Positions 34,644-47,570 of a DNA stretch of 64,000 nucleotides are shown piece after piece. The translations under genes were made by a program, and so were the position numbers. The stretch is from Podarcis pityusensis (taxonomy: Eukaryota). Location: assembly GCA_964106645.2 (NCBI GenBank), contig OZ067050.1; one strand, 5' to 3'. The notes under the pieces were generated by a model. It ran no database searches. It was not told the DNA's origin and was given only the letters and a program-made list of their open reading frames with translations. Numbering within the stretch: position 1 is the first letter of the stretch; each line of letters begins with the position of its first letter.

Positions 34644-35118
34644 GGAGCTCTTATTTACAAACACCTACTCAGAATGTCTTTCTGGGTGACTGCAAAGAAG
34701 AAGAGAAGCCAGGATGATGTGAGGTTTGGTGCCAAAAGCCTCCTGAAATTTTATCTGAACCAACTCTAATATTTACTCCAAGGATGAGACACCAGTGGCT
34801 CTCCTGTTATTGTTGTTTACCAACTCTCAGTAGCCCCAGGCAGCATAGCCAATTGTCAGGCATGATGAAACTTAAATTTTTGGAGGGACACAGGTTTCTT
34901 CTTAATCCCAGGTATGGAGTTTTATAAACTCCAAAAACATTCACCACATGCTTCCCCACTTTTCCTTGCTAAATTTGAAAACAAACAAACAAACAAAAAA
35001 AAACCACCTTGATTTAATATAGTTTCAGTCTTTGCTTTTTTTACCCCATGCTCTCAGGCTGAGCATTTTTTTAGTCCATATTTGTGGTTCTAAGAAAGAA
35101 CCTGTCTTATGGTTTCAG

Positions 35119-35240
35119 TGATGTGATGTGATGTAATGTAATGTAATGTAATGTAATGTAATGTAATGTAATGTAATGTGGTGTGTGTGTGTGTACACAC
35201 ACAGACATATACATACACAGATAGAGAGATAGAAAGAGAG
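35119..35240. repeat. Compound microsatellite (TGTGA)n(TGTAA)n(TG)n(CA)n(GA)n
   Basis: Read directly from the sequence. Confidence 0.85.
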
Positions 35241-37850
35241 AGGGGGGAATTCAGATATGACCTAGAGCCAATAATTTTGTTTTGAATCTTATTGGAAACA
35301 ATATTCTTATTTAAGAAATGATATGTGGATTTATATATACTAACATCATACTTCTAGTTAGCTTTAGGCTGAGAAGATGATCTGCTTTACTCCTCAAGTC
35401 CTAACCACACCACACCACACCATAGACTAATGGAGAAAGAATAGATTCATGGATGACAGAGCATGAGGCAAAACATGAAAACTTCTAATGGAATAGCTTA
35501 AAAGAATGACTTACTTTTTCATTCATAGAGTCATTTCCCCTTAGCATGAAATTCTTCTCTATGCACTCAAGAATATTGTGCTGGCAAATGCTGTAACTAT
35601 AATGTTTATGAGCCAGCCACAAGGTTTGCCAGGAGCATCTAAAAATACTGACAAATGAAGGAGATTTATGTTGCTTTGGGGCTTGGGGTGTCTTGCTCTC
35701 AAGAGTCCAGCATAACTACGTAGATGAGGCAAATGTGTTCTTGACGTCTAAAAGTTTGCTTTGTGTTTCCAAAAGAACTTAATTAGTAACAAATGAGCTG
35801 AGTTATGATGAAGGAGAAAGTATGATTACTCATGTGAGCTAAACCCATTTCTTTCATTACCTTCTTCTTTTTTTCCTGTTTGATTCACATACTCCAAATG
35901 GCCACTAATCACATTTTGTTAAAACAGTGAAAAATGATAAAATGCGCCTGTCTATCTCTGTGTATGACCAAGGAGAAGATTTGAATGGAAGGTTACTTTA
36001 TTGGTTTTAGGAGTCTGAAATCAAGCTGAAGGAAGTGGAGGAGACTTAAAACAAATAACTTCTTAAGGAAAAAGAAAAGAAAAGGTGGACTGAAAGTGGC
36101 CTAAATGGCTGAAGACATACATCATGTATGTGGGACCAGTCTGTGAATAAATATCAGGACACTGTCCCCTGTGCTTTCTATGACTTTTCTGGCACTGTGT
36201 GGGTTAGGTATGGCAATAATTCTCAATCTAAGGGCCATCTTAGACCTTTCTTTACATTGAGATGTGGAGCACCAGGATCTTTTGCTCCAAAGCTTGACTG
36301 CTACTAGTCAGAGGTCCCAGTGGGTTAAACCCTACAGACTTTTCTTGAACTTTAACAACAGCAGCAGATGCAGTCTCTACTCCTGCAGGTTTTCAGACAC
36401 CCACGTAAAGAGGTGAGCCCCCCCCCCCCCAGTTCAAATTGTGGCAAAATAAATTAGGACTGTTGGCACCTTCCCAATCGCCTCCATGGCTTCAATCTGG
36501 GAAGGCGCCAAGATTACATACCGTGGGTCAATCTGGGGACCTCCACCTTGTCCCAAATCCAGTCAGAAATAAGTTCAGGGGTGGGGGCTAATGCTTAATT
36601 AAACATGTAGTCCAGAAAGAGGTTGAGGTAAGGAGACTTTCTGTCTCCTACACCCTTCCAACAGAGGCTGAGGGTGCCTCCCCAAAGAATCAACCCCTCC
36701 ACTCAACATATTTTCAGCTAAGAGGGTGATCCTGCAGGGTGCATGTGATGCTCCAAAAGTGTCTTTCCTTTTCCCTTCACTCTGCAAGTTCAAGGCCTCC
36801 GCTCAACAGACAAAAGGGGTGTGTCAGGCAGGAAGTTAGTTGGGCCTACCTTCTTTCAAAAGACACCACCAGCTATCAAAAAGAGGCTCTGGCAGGGTTT
36901 TCCTGACCTGCTTGCCTCTCCCTCTGACAGCCATGGATCACTCTGAGTCACCCACCTATTTCCCCTGCTAGTGCCACCAGCTCCAAGCCCGGGGAGGAGG
37001 AGCCAGCCCTTGTGCCGAGCGGTGGTGGCTGTCAAGGGAGTTGCCTCTCTATCGCCACCACTGTGGGCCTCCTCCTTTGGGCAACTTGTAGCAGGTGCTG
37101 GAGAGCAGGTGAGGAGGAGGAGAAGCTGCTGCCACTGAGCACCAACCTAGCTTGATGTGCCAACTCTGAGATGCAGGCAGAAGGCAGGGCCACCCTGGGT
37201 GGGGAGGAAAAGGGAGTGCAGCAGAGTGCAAGGAGTCTTTCTTTCTTGATTGATTGATTGATTGATTTAAAAAATGCTTTGTGTGTCTGCATCTGAATTT
37301 GCTCCCTTCTAAAATTTATTTATTGGTGTGCGATTTTCTTTTTGTAAATCTACCAAAGAAGAAAATGAGTAAAAATGGGATTAAGAGTTTTTTTTCCAGG
37401 ATGGTGTGCGTTGTGTCCCATTGTTATAGTGGTGGTGGCGCCTGCCCTTCTTCTGCTGGGTGGGAGACGAAAAAGAGGGGTTGAGGAGGGTCAGTTGAGG
37501 GGGAGTGAGAAATGTCCCTATTTTTACCAGAGGCATGTTGGAGGGTATGTGAATCCAACTTGTCCAGTGTCCAAATAAGCCCAGTTTTGCTCAGGCCTTG
37601 GGCCTTGACTGAATCCAGTGCATAACCCTAAAATAAATCTTGTTCCAGTAAGAGGCAGCAAAGTAAAAAGAGGGAGTTGGCTTCAGTGTGTGGCCACCCG
37701 ATTTGGGCTGTCTCATTGACACTGAAGGCTGCTGCTGACCAGACTGCAGCTAATTAATTACTGCTTCCTGAGTCTTCCTTCTGTATATGCAGGCAAATGA
37801 GTGTACTCATTAGAGTTTTCAACCAATCCTGGCTGTACATAAGGATATAC

Positions 37851-38434
37851 TGTCATGAGGGCTGACAGGAAAGTGCTGGGCCCCTAGAAAAGGCTAGAGA
37901 CTTGAAATGCAATGGACTCACATAAGATAACAGGGAAGTGTCCCTGGCTTGACTCCTTCAGCTTGAGATGTTGCTGGACGCTGAGCTCCGACTCCACCTC
38001 TCCCCTCTAGCTTCTCACTCTGGAGCCTTTCCCAACAGATGGAAACATGGGGATGATCCTGTCTGGGCTCTGGGCCTGTCTGGTACGCTGCTCAGCAACA
38101 CATAGGACTCTCTAGATCTGGGTTTGAGAGGAGGAGAGCCAGCAGGACTGCTGCAGGATGGCCTGTGTACTCTCTGATTCCTCCCTGTTTGTGTCTGTGT
38201 TGACACTGAGATGCTCAGCCTTCAGCCCTGTCCTGGAAGGGCCTTCTTCTGACCTCCCGCCCCACCCCCTGATCACTGCAACCTCCTGCTTCCATCATCT
38301 CCTAGCTTGTTCCCCAGCCTTTTCCCAGCTGTCCCAGCACCAGGACCTGGGTCGAAGCGCTCCTCTCCCTTGACGTCCCTGGGGGGGCTCCTGGCCGGGA
38401 GGTCCCCACCTCCTCATCCAGCCAGTCCCTGACG
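37851..38434 (-). mobile_element. Solo LTR (Gypsy-like)
   Basis: TGTCATGAGGGCTG...CAGTCCCTGACG imperfect terminal inverted repeat; 5-bp TSD TATAC (37846-37850 / 38435-38439); strand is a guess. Confidence 0.65.
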
Positions 38435-38759
38435 TATACATGGTTTTAAAAACGTGTGTGTCTTTCATATGCTACATTTTATGTATACAGTTAGATTTAG
38501 TGCACTAGCTGGGAACAGATCACTAGCCTCAAGAGCATGATATTCATTACTTTGAATGATGCCACACCTGACATGATTGTAATCTTAAACTTTTTATTGG
38601 TTCAGATCACTGAATTATTCAAATTAGTGGTTAAGAAGAATTTAGTGCTCATGTTTGCTAATGTAGTCTCATGTACCTAAAGAGACCCATTATCAGAAAT
38701 ATAAACGAGACTGTTAACATTTATTTACATACTTTGATTGGTTATTTGTGTTGCACTCC

Positions 38760-39102
38760 TGGGACCAAGTCACAAGAAACACTTTGCTGATTTTTTCTGG
38801 ACTACTCAGTACAAGCTTCCAGGGACACAATTGCTAATTTGGGTTGTGCTCCTGAGATCAAACTCCCAGGAACATAAATACTGTAGTAATAATTCTGTTC
38901 CCCATAGTAAAGGCGTCATTTTGCAAGGGTATACAAACATTTTCAAATGTGAGGGCAGACAAACAATTTCACTGCCTCAGAAAGAAATGGAGAGTGTGAT
39001 TTCTTAACAAAGCTCATTGAGTGGATCGAAGAATACAGAACACCCTAAAGTAGTGATGAAATTGCATCTGGAAATATATTATCTACTAAGAAAAAGAGTA
39101 AG
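38760..39102 (+). promoter_or_regulatory. Probable promoter and first exon of the 40344 OR (paralogous blocks at ~44580-44910, 51600-51920, 57555-57890)
   Basis: Conserved TTCCAGGGACACAATTGCTAATTT and CTCCTGAGATCAAACTCCCAGGAAC (O/E + homeodomain-like); conserved AAAGA|GTAAG donor. Confidence 0.5.
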
Positions 39103-39582
39103 GCATTTGCATTTTTATAATTTTAGTTATTGCCTGGGTAGTTTCCTGAGATCTGAATGCAGACAATAGTACTATCGTGCTGGTTTGTTGTTCTCTCCTA
39201 ATATCTATATATACTGTGCTCAGCATACACAATGACTTGCTTTGCATGACATGCTAAGACAAAACTTAGATTTGTGAGGTTTCACAATTGTGCAGCCTTC
39301 TGGAAAGACACCTACAGTAGCTGTGCTCCTCCCTGGTCCTTATACCAAGCTTTCCCTTAGCATGTCATCCAAACCAGGTCTAGTGATTAAGCTCTCTGTT
39401 CAGTAACCACCAGCAGTAACCAAGAGCAAACCTTGATTACAGATCCTAATTTGTGAGGAGAGAGCTTAATCACCTTGGCTTAATTTAACACAGTGTAGCT
39501 GCAAAAAGATTTGAGGAGGAGTAGAACAGTTGTGAGCTTCTCTCCGGGAGCCCATTCATTTGTATATTCTTAAAAACATATT

Positions 39583-39755
39583 GAGGGCACAAGGAGAAGG
39601 GGACAACAGAAGACGAGATAGTTGGACAGTGTTCTCAAAGCTATGAACTTGAGTTTGACCAAGCTGCGGGAGGCAGTGGAAGACAGGAGTGTCTGCTGTG
39701 CTCTGGTCCATGGGGTCATGAACAGTCAGACACGACTAAATGACTAAACAACGAC
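39583..39755 (+). mobile_element. Bov-B (RTE) LINE, short 3' fragment
   Basis: Matches the 3' end of the 56 and 62 kb copies; 11-bp TSD AAAAACATATT. Confidence 0.88.
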
Positions 39756-40343
39756 AAAAACATATTCTGTGTGCAGTGTGCATTAAGGTTAAAAATGGGG
39801 ATTTTTTTTAAAAAAAATAAATTTAAAAACCAGTTAAATTCTGTCTGGTCTTAGCTGGGAAGGTGTTCCTGAAAATTTGGCCCAGTCAATACAAGTCATT
39901 TGGGTGAACCATGAGAATATGCCAAATACCTTGGTGATAAGACAGGCATATAAGGAATCAGACACCTAAGCTCTCCTGGACTTAAGTTGTTATTGACATA
40001 GTCACTTAATACAAGAACCTTGAACTTGATTTGGGTAGCAAGTTATCTTGTGAGACTTAAGAGCTAGTTTTTCAATTCTAATATTGAATTACAATATAAA
40101 AATGTGTTTTGTGAGTATGGAGATTATGGAGAGAGACATCTTACCTCTGCAGATTGTTTCTGCTGCATTTAGCATATGCATAAAGTATAGCAAGGAAAGA
40201 GATAGAACATTTATGTTTTTACAGCTTTGTAAACCACTGTGATACATTTTTAAGATAGAGTTTAGTAAATATTTGTTATCAGAACAGGATTTAATCAATG
40301 TTCATCTCTCTGTTTTATTTCAGAGGCAGAAAGCATTTTAGTT

Positions 40344-41315
40344 ATGAATGCAAAAATAGATAACAAATCTGCTGTGTCTGAGTTTCTACTCCTGGAGTTC
40401 TCAGCAATACGAGACATGCAGATTCTATACTTCCTTCTGTTCCTAGTATTGTACCTGGCAATTATATTCGGGAATCTTCTCATTGTCTCTGCAGTAGCAT
40501 TTGATCGCCGCCTTCATACTCCTATGTACTTCTTTCTGATGAACTTGGCCATCCAAGACCAAGGAGCTATTTCAGTCATTATCCCCAAATCCATAGCCAA
40601 TTCTCTCATGAATACCAGATACATATCTTATGCTGGATGTGTTGCTCAAATCCTCTTATTTGTTTTCTTTATCTCATCTGAGTTTGCTCTTCTTACAGTC
40701 ATGGCATATGACCGATACGTTGCCATTTGCAATCCATTGCAATATGAAATGGTGATGAACAGGGTAGCCTGTCTAAAATTGATTGCTGGTGTGTGGGTTG
40801 CTGGTCTGCTCTATGCAGTTCTGCACACTTGTGGAACTTTTGCAACTCCATTCTGCTCAAACATCGTCAATCAGTTTTTCTGTGAGATCCCACAGTTACT
40901 TATACTTGCCTGCTCTAATCTATACCTAGCAGAAATTGGAGCTTTAGTAGTGAGTATAACATTTGTGTTTGGATGTTTTGTCTACATTGTTGTTACTTAC
41001 GTGCATATCTTTACTGCAGTTCTGAAAATCCCTTCTGTTCAGGGAAGGAAAAAGGCCTTCTCCACTTGCATACCCCACCTTGTTGTCTTCTCCGTATTTT
41101 GTTTCACAGGATGTTTTGCTTACCTTAGGCCTCCCTCTAAAACTCCATCTGACCTGGACTTTGCATTAACTGTGATGTATAGTCTTGTACCACCCATGTT
41201 CAACCCAATAATCTATAGCATGAGAAATAAGGAGATCAAAAATGCTTTATCAAAATTGTTGGGTTTGAGGCAATCTTCTCTAGGTATATCTTCCAGGATT
41301 GTTCTGAAAAGGTGA
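40344..41315 (+). CDS. Olfactory receptor, family 14-like (323 aa)
   Basis: Full set of OR motifs, intact ORF; tttcag acceptor about 20 nt upstream of the ATG. Confidence 0.93.
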   Translation: MNAKIDNKSAVSEFLLLEFSAIRDMQILYFLLFLVLYLAIIFGNLLIVSAVAFDRRLHTPMYFFLMNLAIQDQGAISVIIPKSIANSLMNTRYISYAGCVAQILLFVFFISSEFALLTVMAYDRYVAICNPLQYEMVMNRVACLKLIAGVWVAGLLYAVLHTCGTFATPFCSNIVNQFFCEIPQLLILACSNLYLAEIGALVVSITFVFGCFVYIVVTYVHIFTAVLKIPSVQGRKKAFSTCIPHLVVFSVFCFTGCFAYLRPPSKTPSDLDFALTVMYSLVPPMFNPIIYSMRNKEIKNALSKLLGLRQSSLGISSRIVLKR

Positions 41316-43454
41316 ACTCTGTGTGTAAGAATAATTTAAGGGAGTTCCTGAAACATATCATCATTGCCAGTTACAGCTTCCAGATAAATTTAGCTATGCA
41401 GATTCAACATCTGCCCTGTGTCACATGGTCATCTTGCATTTATGCAGCTCAGTTGGATCATTCACGCTTTTGCTTTTCAGATCACATGCCTTGTTGATGT
41501 ACCCATTTATGTACTTACTTATAGCCCACTGATCTGTTGCATGATTCTAAAAGTGGTCTACAATAGGCTGAACACATTTTAGCAGACCTTAGTCCTCTGA
41601 TTTATGGATAGTAAGAGGCCATATTTCTCGTCTGCTCTGTCCCCCAACAGCATGCAAACAGTGATTTGACCAGAGTATTCAGGATTTCACAAAAGTGATG
41701 ACACCTAGATGAACATATTGGGGCGGGGGGGGGGGGGAAGGAATTCACAGATTTACTGGAATGTGAATTAACATCTCAACAAGAGAAGTGCATGCAGTTT
41801 GGAGGCAGTCAAAGAAACAAACACCGTCCTCTGATAAGGAAGTGTCACAGTGCTTGCAAAAATACAACCTACAAAAGTATGTTGCCATCTAAGGCAGGAT
41901 TAGAAGAAAATACAGGACAACGCAGAGGCAGACTTTTGCATCACTAATGTAATAAAAACAGACCAGGGGGCAAAGGAATGACCCACTCCCTTAGAGACAA
42001 ATGTGAGGGTATAAGAGCTGGACACAGGAGCACAGGTAAATGTGATTGTGATGGACAGACCTTGAGTCAGCAACTAGTCAGAGTTGTTTAGAACAAAAGC
42101 CAATCTGGAGTCACAAATGCAGAATTTGACAGTTAAACAGATAGAAGGATTGCATATTGTCTAGATAGGGATTGTGTGTCATTTAGATAAGAACCTAGGG
42201 AGACATGGACATGCCTTGATTGGGATTAGGAATTAGTTAAACAGGGATTACCAATTTGATTCCCTGAGGGGGAAATAAAAATCCTAGAAGGGGCTGTGAG
42301 ATTTTTGCTATGGCAAATGCCAATTATAGGTGAAAACTGTCTAACCCGAGAAGAGGTTTCAGTAAGAATGCTGACTGGGGTTTTAAAGTTCTCTGTAAAT
42401 AGTGTCTGCTTGAAACCAGATATCGTGCCTCACATAAATAAGCATGTCTAAAATGAAGTGTTGTGCCTTAAAAGAGTTATCATTAAACTGGAACCCACAA
42501 TGAGTTTAAATACATTAAAAGTTTATTTTTCTTCCTCTCACTACTTTGACCTCTGGGTTGGCAATAAGTGGACACAGGGCATCCCTCACATACCTGTAGG
42601 TAGAACACCTGGCTGCAGTTTAAATAAACACACATTACCACAAAGATTTAAAACTGTTACTTGGGAGAGTTGAATTGTTTAAACACCTAGAAAATGAATC
42701 ATGTTGTCCAGCTCTGATCTTTGGTGAGGGACTCTGACACAGAGATCACTGGCACAATCTTTAAAAATCTTAAAAATAAAATAAAAAGCCTTGTCCTTTT
42801 AGAAAACAAAATAGAGGACAGGAAGTTCACAATGGGGAAGTAATTCCACACAAAGAATTCCTAGATCCAAAGCTTCCTAGATCCAACAGAGATCAAGTTG
42901 CTAGGTAGGTGGAGTTAGCAGACTCCAAGCAGTCTCTGTCCCTCCACTCTGCTGCTTCCTGGAATAAGCTGCAGTTGTAGCATGGCTCCCAGCTACAAAA
43001 GAGCCCAAGTGAACTGAATCTTCCCAAAATGTGATTTTACAGCCTGCATCTTTGCTAACTCAAAGATTGCATCTTCCTTTCTGTAACGAAACCAAGCTCT
43101 TTTCCTTTTAAGTCATTTAGAACATTTTACTTCTTTGTTTTGTTTAGTTTTGTTTGATTTACTTCCAATGGATGGAGATTTACCTGCTGCAACTTTTGAA
43201 ACTATGTGAGTAGATATCTTCACCTACTTGCTAAGCTAAAGTGTCTATCATTTATTATAGCTGAAGTATTTTCAGGGGAAATGTTTGTTTAAAGGTGGAG
43301 GGCGGCAGATGTAAATCCAACTAAGTTTTAATGTGCTTGGAGAAATCACAATTGTATCAACTCTACTATGAGAGGTTGAAGAATCTCCCTTCCAAACCTC
43401 TTTCTGCAACAAAATTACACAAAAATAGTCACAATTGAGAATAGCACTTGAGAG

Positions 43455-43800
43455 CTATCTTTTCCCACGCATGGTTACCTCAGATTTTCAGGAATGATAA
43501 TGACCCTCAGATTGCATCACAAATATTTAAGAAGTTTACTATATATATATTTTCAATGTTACCTCTAGTCCCACATACAGAGGCTTTAGTCTAGTGGGCT
43601 GGCATAAATCAAAGTAAAAATTGCAAAGGATTTGCTGAAAAAAAGCCTATGACTAACACAGGTTCTTATTTGGCATTACTAAATTACAAGGTCACATCAC
43701 TAGAAAAGGGAAGATCCCCTGCTGAGCTTCTGTTTCATGGAAAAGTCAGGACCAGACTACAATGTGCGAAACACCTTAACTCTGACGTAACACAAGGTGT
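43455..43800 (+). mobile_element. Decayed Gypsy integrase relic (paralogous copy at ~50425-51250)
   Basis: IFPTHG...NDNDPQIAS...VTSSP...YLALLNYKVTSLEKGRSPAELLFHGKVRTRL resembles the Ty3/Gypsy integrase core and C-terminus. Confidence 0.75.
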
Positions 43801-44100
43801 TCAGTCTCAGTTACATAAGAGATTGAGACAAAAATAATATCACTGATCGCTTGACAACTAAAGGTGACCTCAGATAGGCAAGTATTGCAATGCAACAGAC
43901 AGCAACTCTTCTGGAGATCGAAAAGGAGAAGAAAGAATGGCAGAAGTGGGAGGAACACAGCAGAGGGGGGAAATGGAGCGGGGAATACTGAGCCAGTCGT
44001 ACGTCACACAACTCTGTATCATGAAACTAAATAAAAACGTTATTCAAAAAAGAAAGAAAGAAATGAGTGTAAGAAAGTCCAGTTGAAACCAGAAGGTTCC

Positions 44101-44446
44101 ATCAGCCAAGCACCCATTCCCACCACCCTTCTGAGAAATACTCCTCCCCACCCTCCCACTATATATAAGGGTCTGGTGACTTCTGTTTCAGAGTATCTGA
44201 AGAAGTGTGCATGCACACGAAAGCTTATACCCAGAATAACTTAGTTGGTCTCTAAGCTGCTACTGGACAATTTAAAAAAAATAATAATAAATTTTTTTGG
44301 AAGGATTCTTTTAAAGACTGTTTTAGGACGTTTTTTTAAAGAACTTGATTCTTTTAAAGGATTTTTTTGGAATAGTTTTTTTAATAATCTTTTCAAGATT
44401 TATTTATTTATTTCCACCATGGCAGACCAACACGGCTACCTACCTG
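44101..44446 (+). mobile_element. Penelope-like pseudo-LTR, single arm, diverged subfamily
   Basis: Colinear with 20246-20458; AGAAGGTTC duplication (44091-44099 / 44452-44460); empty site in the paralogous unit at ~57421-57445. Confidence 0.85.
44193..44230 (+). ncRNA. Minimal type I hammerhead ribozyme motif
   Basis: GTAT-CTGAAGA-A-GTGTGCATGCACAC-GAAA-GCTT-ATAC; core unchanged although the flanks have diverged. Confidence 0.72.
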
Positions 44447-46145
44447 ATTCTAGAAGGTTCTAGAGAGACTTATATAGCATTATTATTATTTTAAATGTTA
44501 TGTAGTGTGCTATTTCGAAACAGGAAGTTGTTTCTTTCTTTCTATTTAAATACCTTGATTATTTGCGTTAGAATCATGTGGCCAAGTCTTTAGAAACACT
44601 GCTTTAATTTTTGTGGGACTCCTGAGTCCAAGCTTCCAGGGACACAATTGATCATTTGTGTTAGGCTCTTGAGACCAAACTCTGAGGAGTGTGTGTGGGT
44701 TTGTGTGTGTGTGTGTGTGTGGGTTTGTGTACACATGTTATAATTTTCCACCCCATGGTAAAAGCTTCATTCTGCATGAGTATACAGATAGGTTCACTGT
44801 TCCAGAAGAAAAGGATGGGATGATTATTATTATTATTTAAAAAGATGAAAATAAAGTGATGAAGAAATTGCATCTGGAAATCAACTTTCTATTAAGGAAA
44901 AAAGTAAGATATTTATAAGTTTATAACTTTAGTGATACCTGTGTAGTTTTCAGAGGAGTAAACAGACAATATTTCTATAGTGTATTGTGTAGAATCAGGA
45001 AACCTGCTTGTTGTGGTCTCTCCTGGAACTTATTGAGACTTGCATAGAATACCCAATGACCTGGTTTCCATGACATACTAAACCAAATATTATCTTGGGA
45101 AGACTGCAAAATGTTGAACATCATGGAGAGGAAAGCACAGTAGCTATACTCCTCCATGATCCTTTTTACTGTCAGCTCAAGCTGCACCAAGTTTTGTTTC
45201 AGCATGTCATAAAAAAAAAAACCTAGCGGTTAGCCTCTCTCCTCACCAACCATGAACTTCAACCAAGAACAAACCTTCACTGCAGCTCCAAGTGAGTGAG
45301 GAGAGAGCTGAAGCACCTTTTCTTGTCTTAGCATAATGAGGTAGCAAAAAGGTCTGGGGAAGAGCAAAGCAGCTTTGAACCTATACATTTTACATGCAAA
45401 ACAATGTGGTTTGTGCACAGCATGCATTAAGGTTAAAAACATATAACAAAGATAAGTACAGTTGAAACCTGTGTGATCTTAACTAGCAGGGAGAGCTAAA
45501 CATTAGGCCTAGAATTTAGAATATAGGTGAGTATGTGCCAAGTGTGTGAGACATGTAGAACTATTATCAGTGACTCTTGCCAAAGATCTCACTGAAAGAA
45601 CAGGGATATTAGGAATCAAGCTTTTAACATGTCCATGACCCAGATTGTTATGGACATTGCATTTAATAGAATAAACTTGCTTTTGAATCTGCATCATATA
45701 GGCAGCAAGTCCCCTTATATTTGAGAGTTACTTGAGTTTTGATGCTGAATTACAATATCAAAATACCTTTTGTAAATATGGGAATTCTCTCAAGGTACAT
45801 CTGTCCTCTGCATATTGCCATATACTAAGCAAGTATGGCAATGATGGCAGTAGGACTCCTGTGTTCCTCCTCTAGCAGTGGCAGCATTAAACTTCAAGAG
45901 CTTGAGAACATCTACTAGTTTTGAAAAAGTGGGAAGTTTATTTTAAAATAATGATATATTATCTATATGGAGTTGAAGGCTATGTTCTCATTTAAATAAA
46001 TATTTGTTTCTCCTTTTTTGTTCACTTCTTTTACCTTCAACATCCAAAAACCCTCTTCCAATGTAGTAAATATTTGTTATCACAAGAGGACTTAAACCAA
46101 TGTTTATCTTTCTGTTTTCTTCCAGTGACAGGAAATTTTTTATTA

Positions 46146-47123
46146 ATGAAGGAGAAAATAAGTAATGAATCCTCTGTTTCTGAATTTCTGCTCCTGGAGT
46201 TCTCAGCAATACGAGAACTGCAGATTCTACACTTCTCTCTGTTCCTGGCATTGTATCTGGCAACTGTATTTGGGAATCTTCTCATCATCTCTGCTGTAGC
46301 TTTTGACCACAACCTTCACACTCCCATGTACTTCTTTCTGATGAACTTGGCCATCCAGGACCTAGGGGCTGTTTCAGTCACCATCCCCAAATCCATCGTG
46401 AATTCTCTCATGAATACCAGACACATTTCTTACACTGGATGCGTTGCTCAAGTTCTTTTGTTTCTTTTCTTCTTATCATCTGATATTTTCCTTCTTACAG
46501 TCATGGCATATGATCGTTATGTTGCCATTTGCAATCCATTACAATATGAAATGTTGATGAACAAGGCAGCCTGCAAACAAATGGTTGCTGGTGTGTGGGT
46601 CGCTGGCCTTCTGTATGCAGTCATGCACACAAGTGCAACTTTTGCAACCCCTTTCTGCTCCAACATTGTCAATCAGTTCTTTTGTGAGATTCCACAGTTA
46701 CTTACACTTGCCTGCTCAAATTTCTACCTAATGGAAATTGGAGCTATAGTGGTGAGTATAATAGTTGTGTTTGGATGTTTTGTCTTCATTGTTGTCACTT
46801 ATGTGCACATCTTTACTGCAGTTCTGAAAATCCCTTCTGTACAGGGAAGGAAAAAGGCGTTCTCCACTTGCATACCTCACCTTGTTGTCTTCTCTGTATT
46901 TTGTTTCACTGCATGTTTTGCTTACCTTAGGCCTCCCTCTAAGACTCCATCTGATGGGGACTTTGCATTAACTGTGATGTATAGTCTTGTACCACCCATG
47001 TTCAATCCAATAATCTATAGCATGAGAAATAAGGAGATAAAAAATGCATTATCAAAACTGTTGGGTTTGAGGAAATCTTCTCTGTATATATCTTCCAGGC
47101 TTGTTTTGAAAAGGTATAATTAA
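46146..47123 (+). CDS. Olfactory receptor, family 14-like (325 aa)
   Basis: OR motifs; likely start MKEKISNES at 46146 after a ttcttccag acceptor (the ORF-track N-terminal extension is intronic). Confidence 0.92.
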   Translation: MKEKISNESSVSEFLLLEFSAIRELQILHFSLFLALYLATVFGNLLIISAVAFDHNLHTPMYFFLMNLAIQDLGAVSVTIPKSIVNSLMNTRHISYTGCVAQVLLFLFFLSSDIFLLTVMAYDRYVAICNPLQYEMLMNKAACKQMVAGVWVAGLLYAVMHTSATFATPFCSNIVNQFFCEIPQLLTLACSNFYLMEIGAIVVSIIVVFGCFVFIVVTYVHIFTAVLKIPSVQGRKKAFSTCIPHLVVFSVFCFTACFAYLRPPSKTPSDGDFALTVMYSLVPPMFNPIIYSMRNKEIKNALSKLLGLRKSSLYISSRLVLKRYN

Positions 47124-47509
47124 AGGGCGCTCCTGGAACACAGCATCATTTCAAGTTAAATTTTCCTAATAGATTCAGATATTCAAACTCAACATCTGCC
47201 TTGTTTCAAAGGGTCATCTTGCATTCCTTCAGCTCAGCTCTATCACACTTTTGCTTGTCAGATCTCATGGCATGTTGATAATACATTTATGTATGTATGT
47301 TTAAGTTTATACCCCATTGTTCACTTGCATGGTTTTCAAAGTGGCCTATAACAGGCTGAACACATCTCAGTAGCACTTAATCCTCTGGTTTATGGATAGT
47401 AACAGGTCATGTTTCCTGTCTACTCTGTCACCCCACATCATGCAAAGAGCCATTTTAACAGACTATTCAGGTTTTCAGAGGAGTGACAGCACCTAGATGA
47501 AATGACAAC

Positions 47510-47570
47510 ACTGGTCTTGAAAGACCTACATTGCCTCCCAGTACGTTTCTGAGCACAGTTCATAGTGTTG
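47510..47570 (+). mobile_element. Tiny L2 ORF2 fragment
   Basis: Translates LKDLHCLPVRF*AQFIVL (compare LHWLPVEYRIRFKVL). Confidence 0.55.

Noticed and set aside
46074-46145. Long N-terminal extensions of the OR ORFs (also 59005-59136, 11751-11771, 18853-18900)
   Set aside because: They begin at non-ATG codons and cross polypyrimidine-AG splice acceptors, so they are intronic
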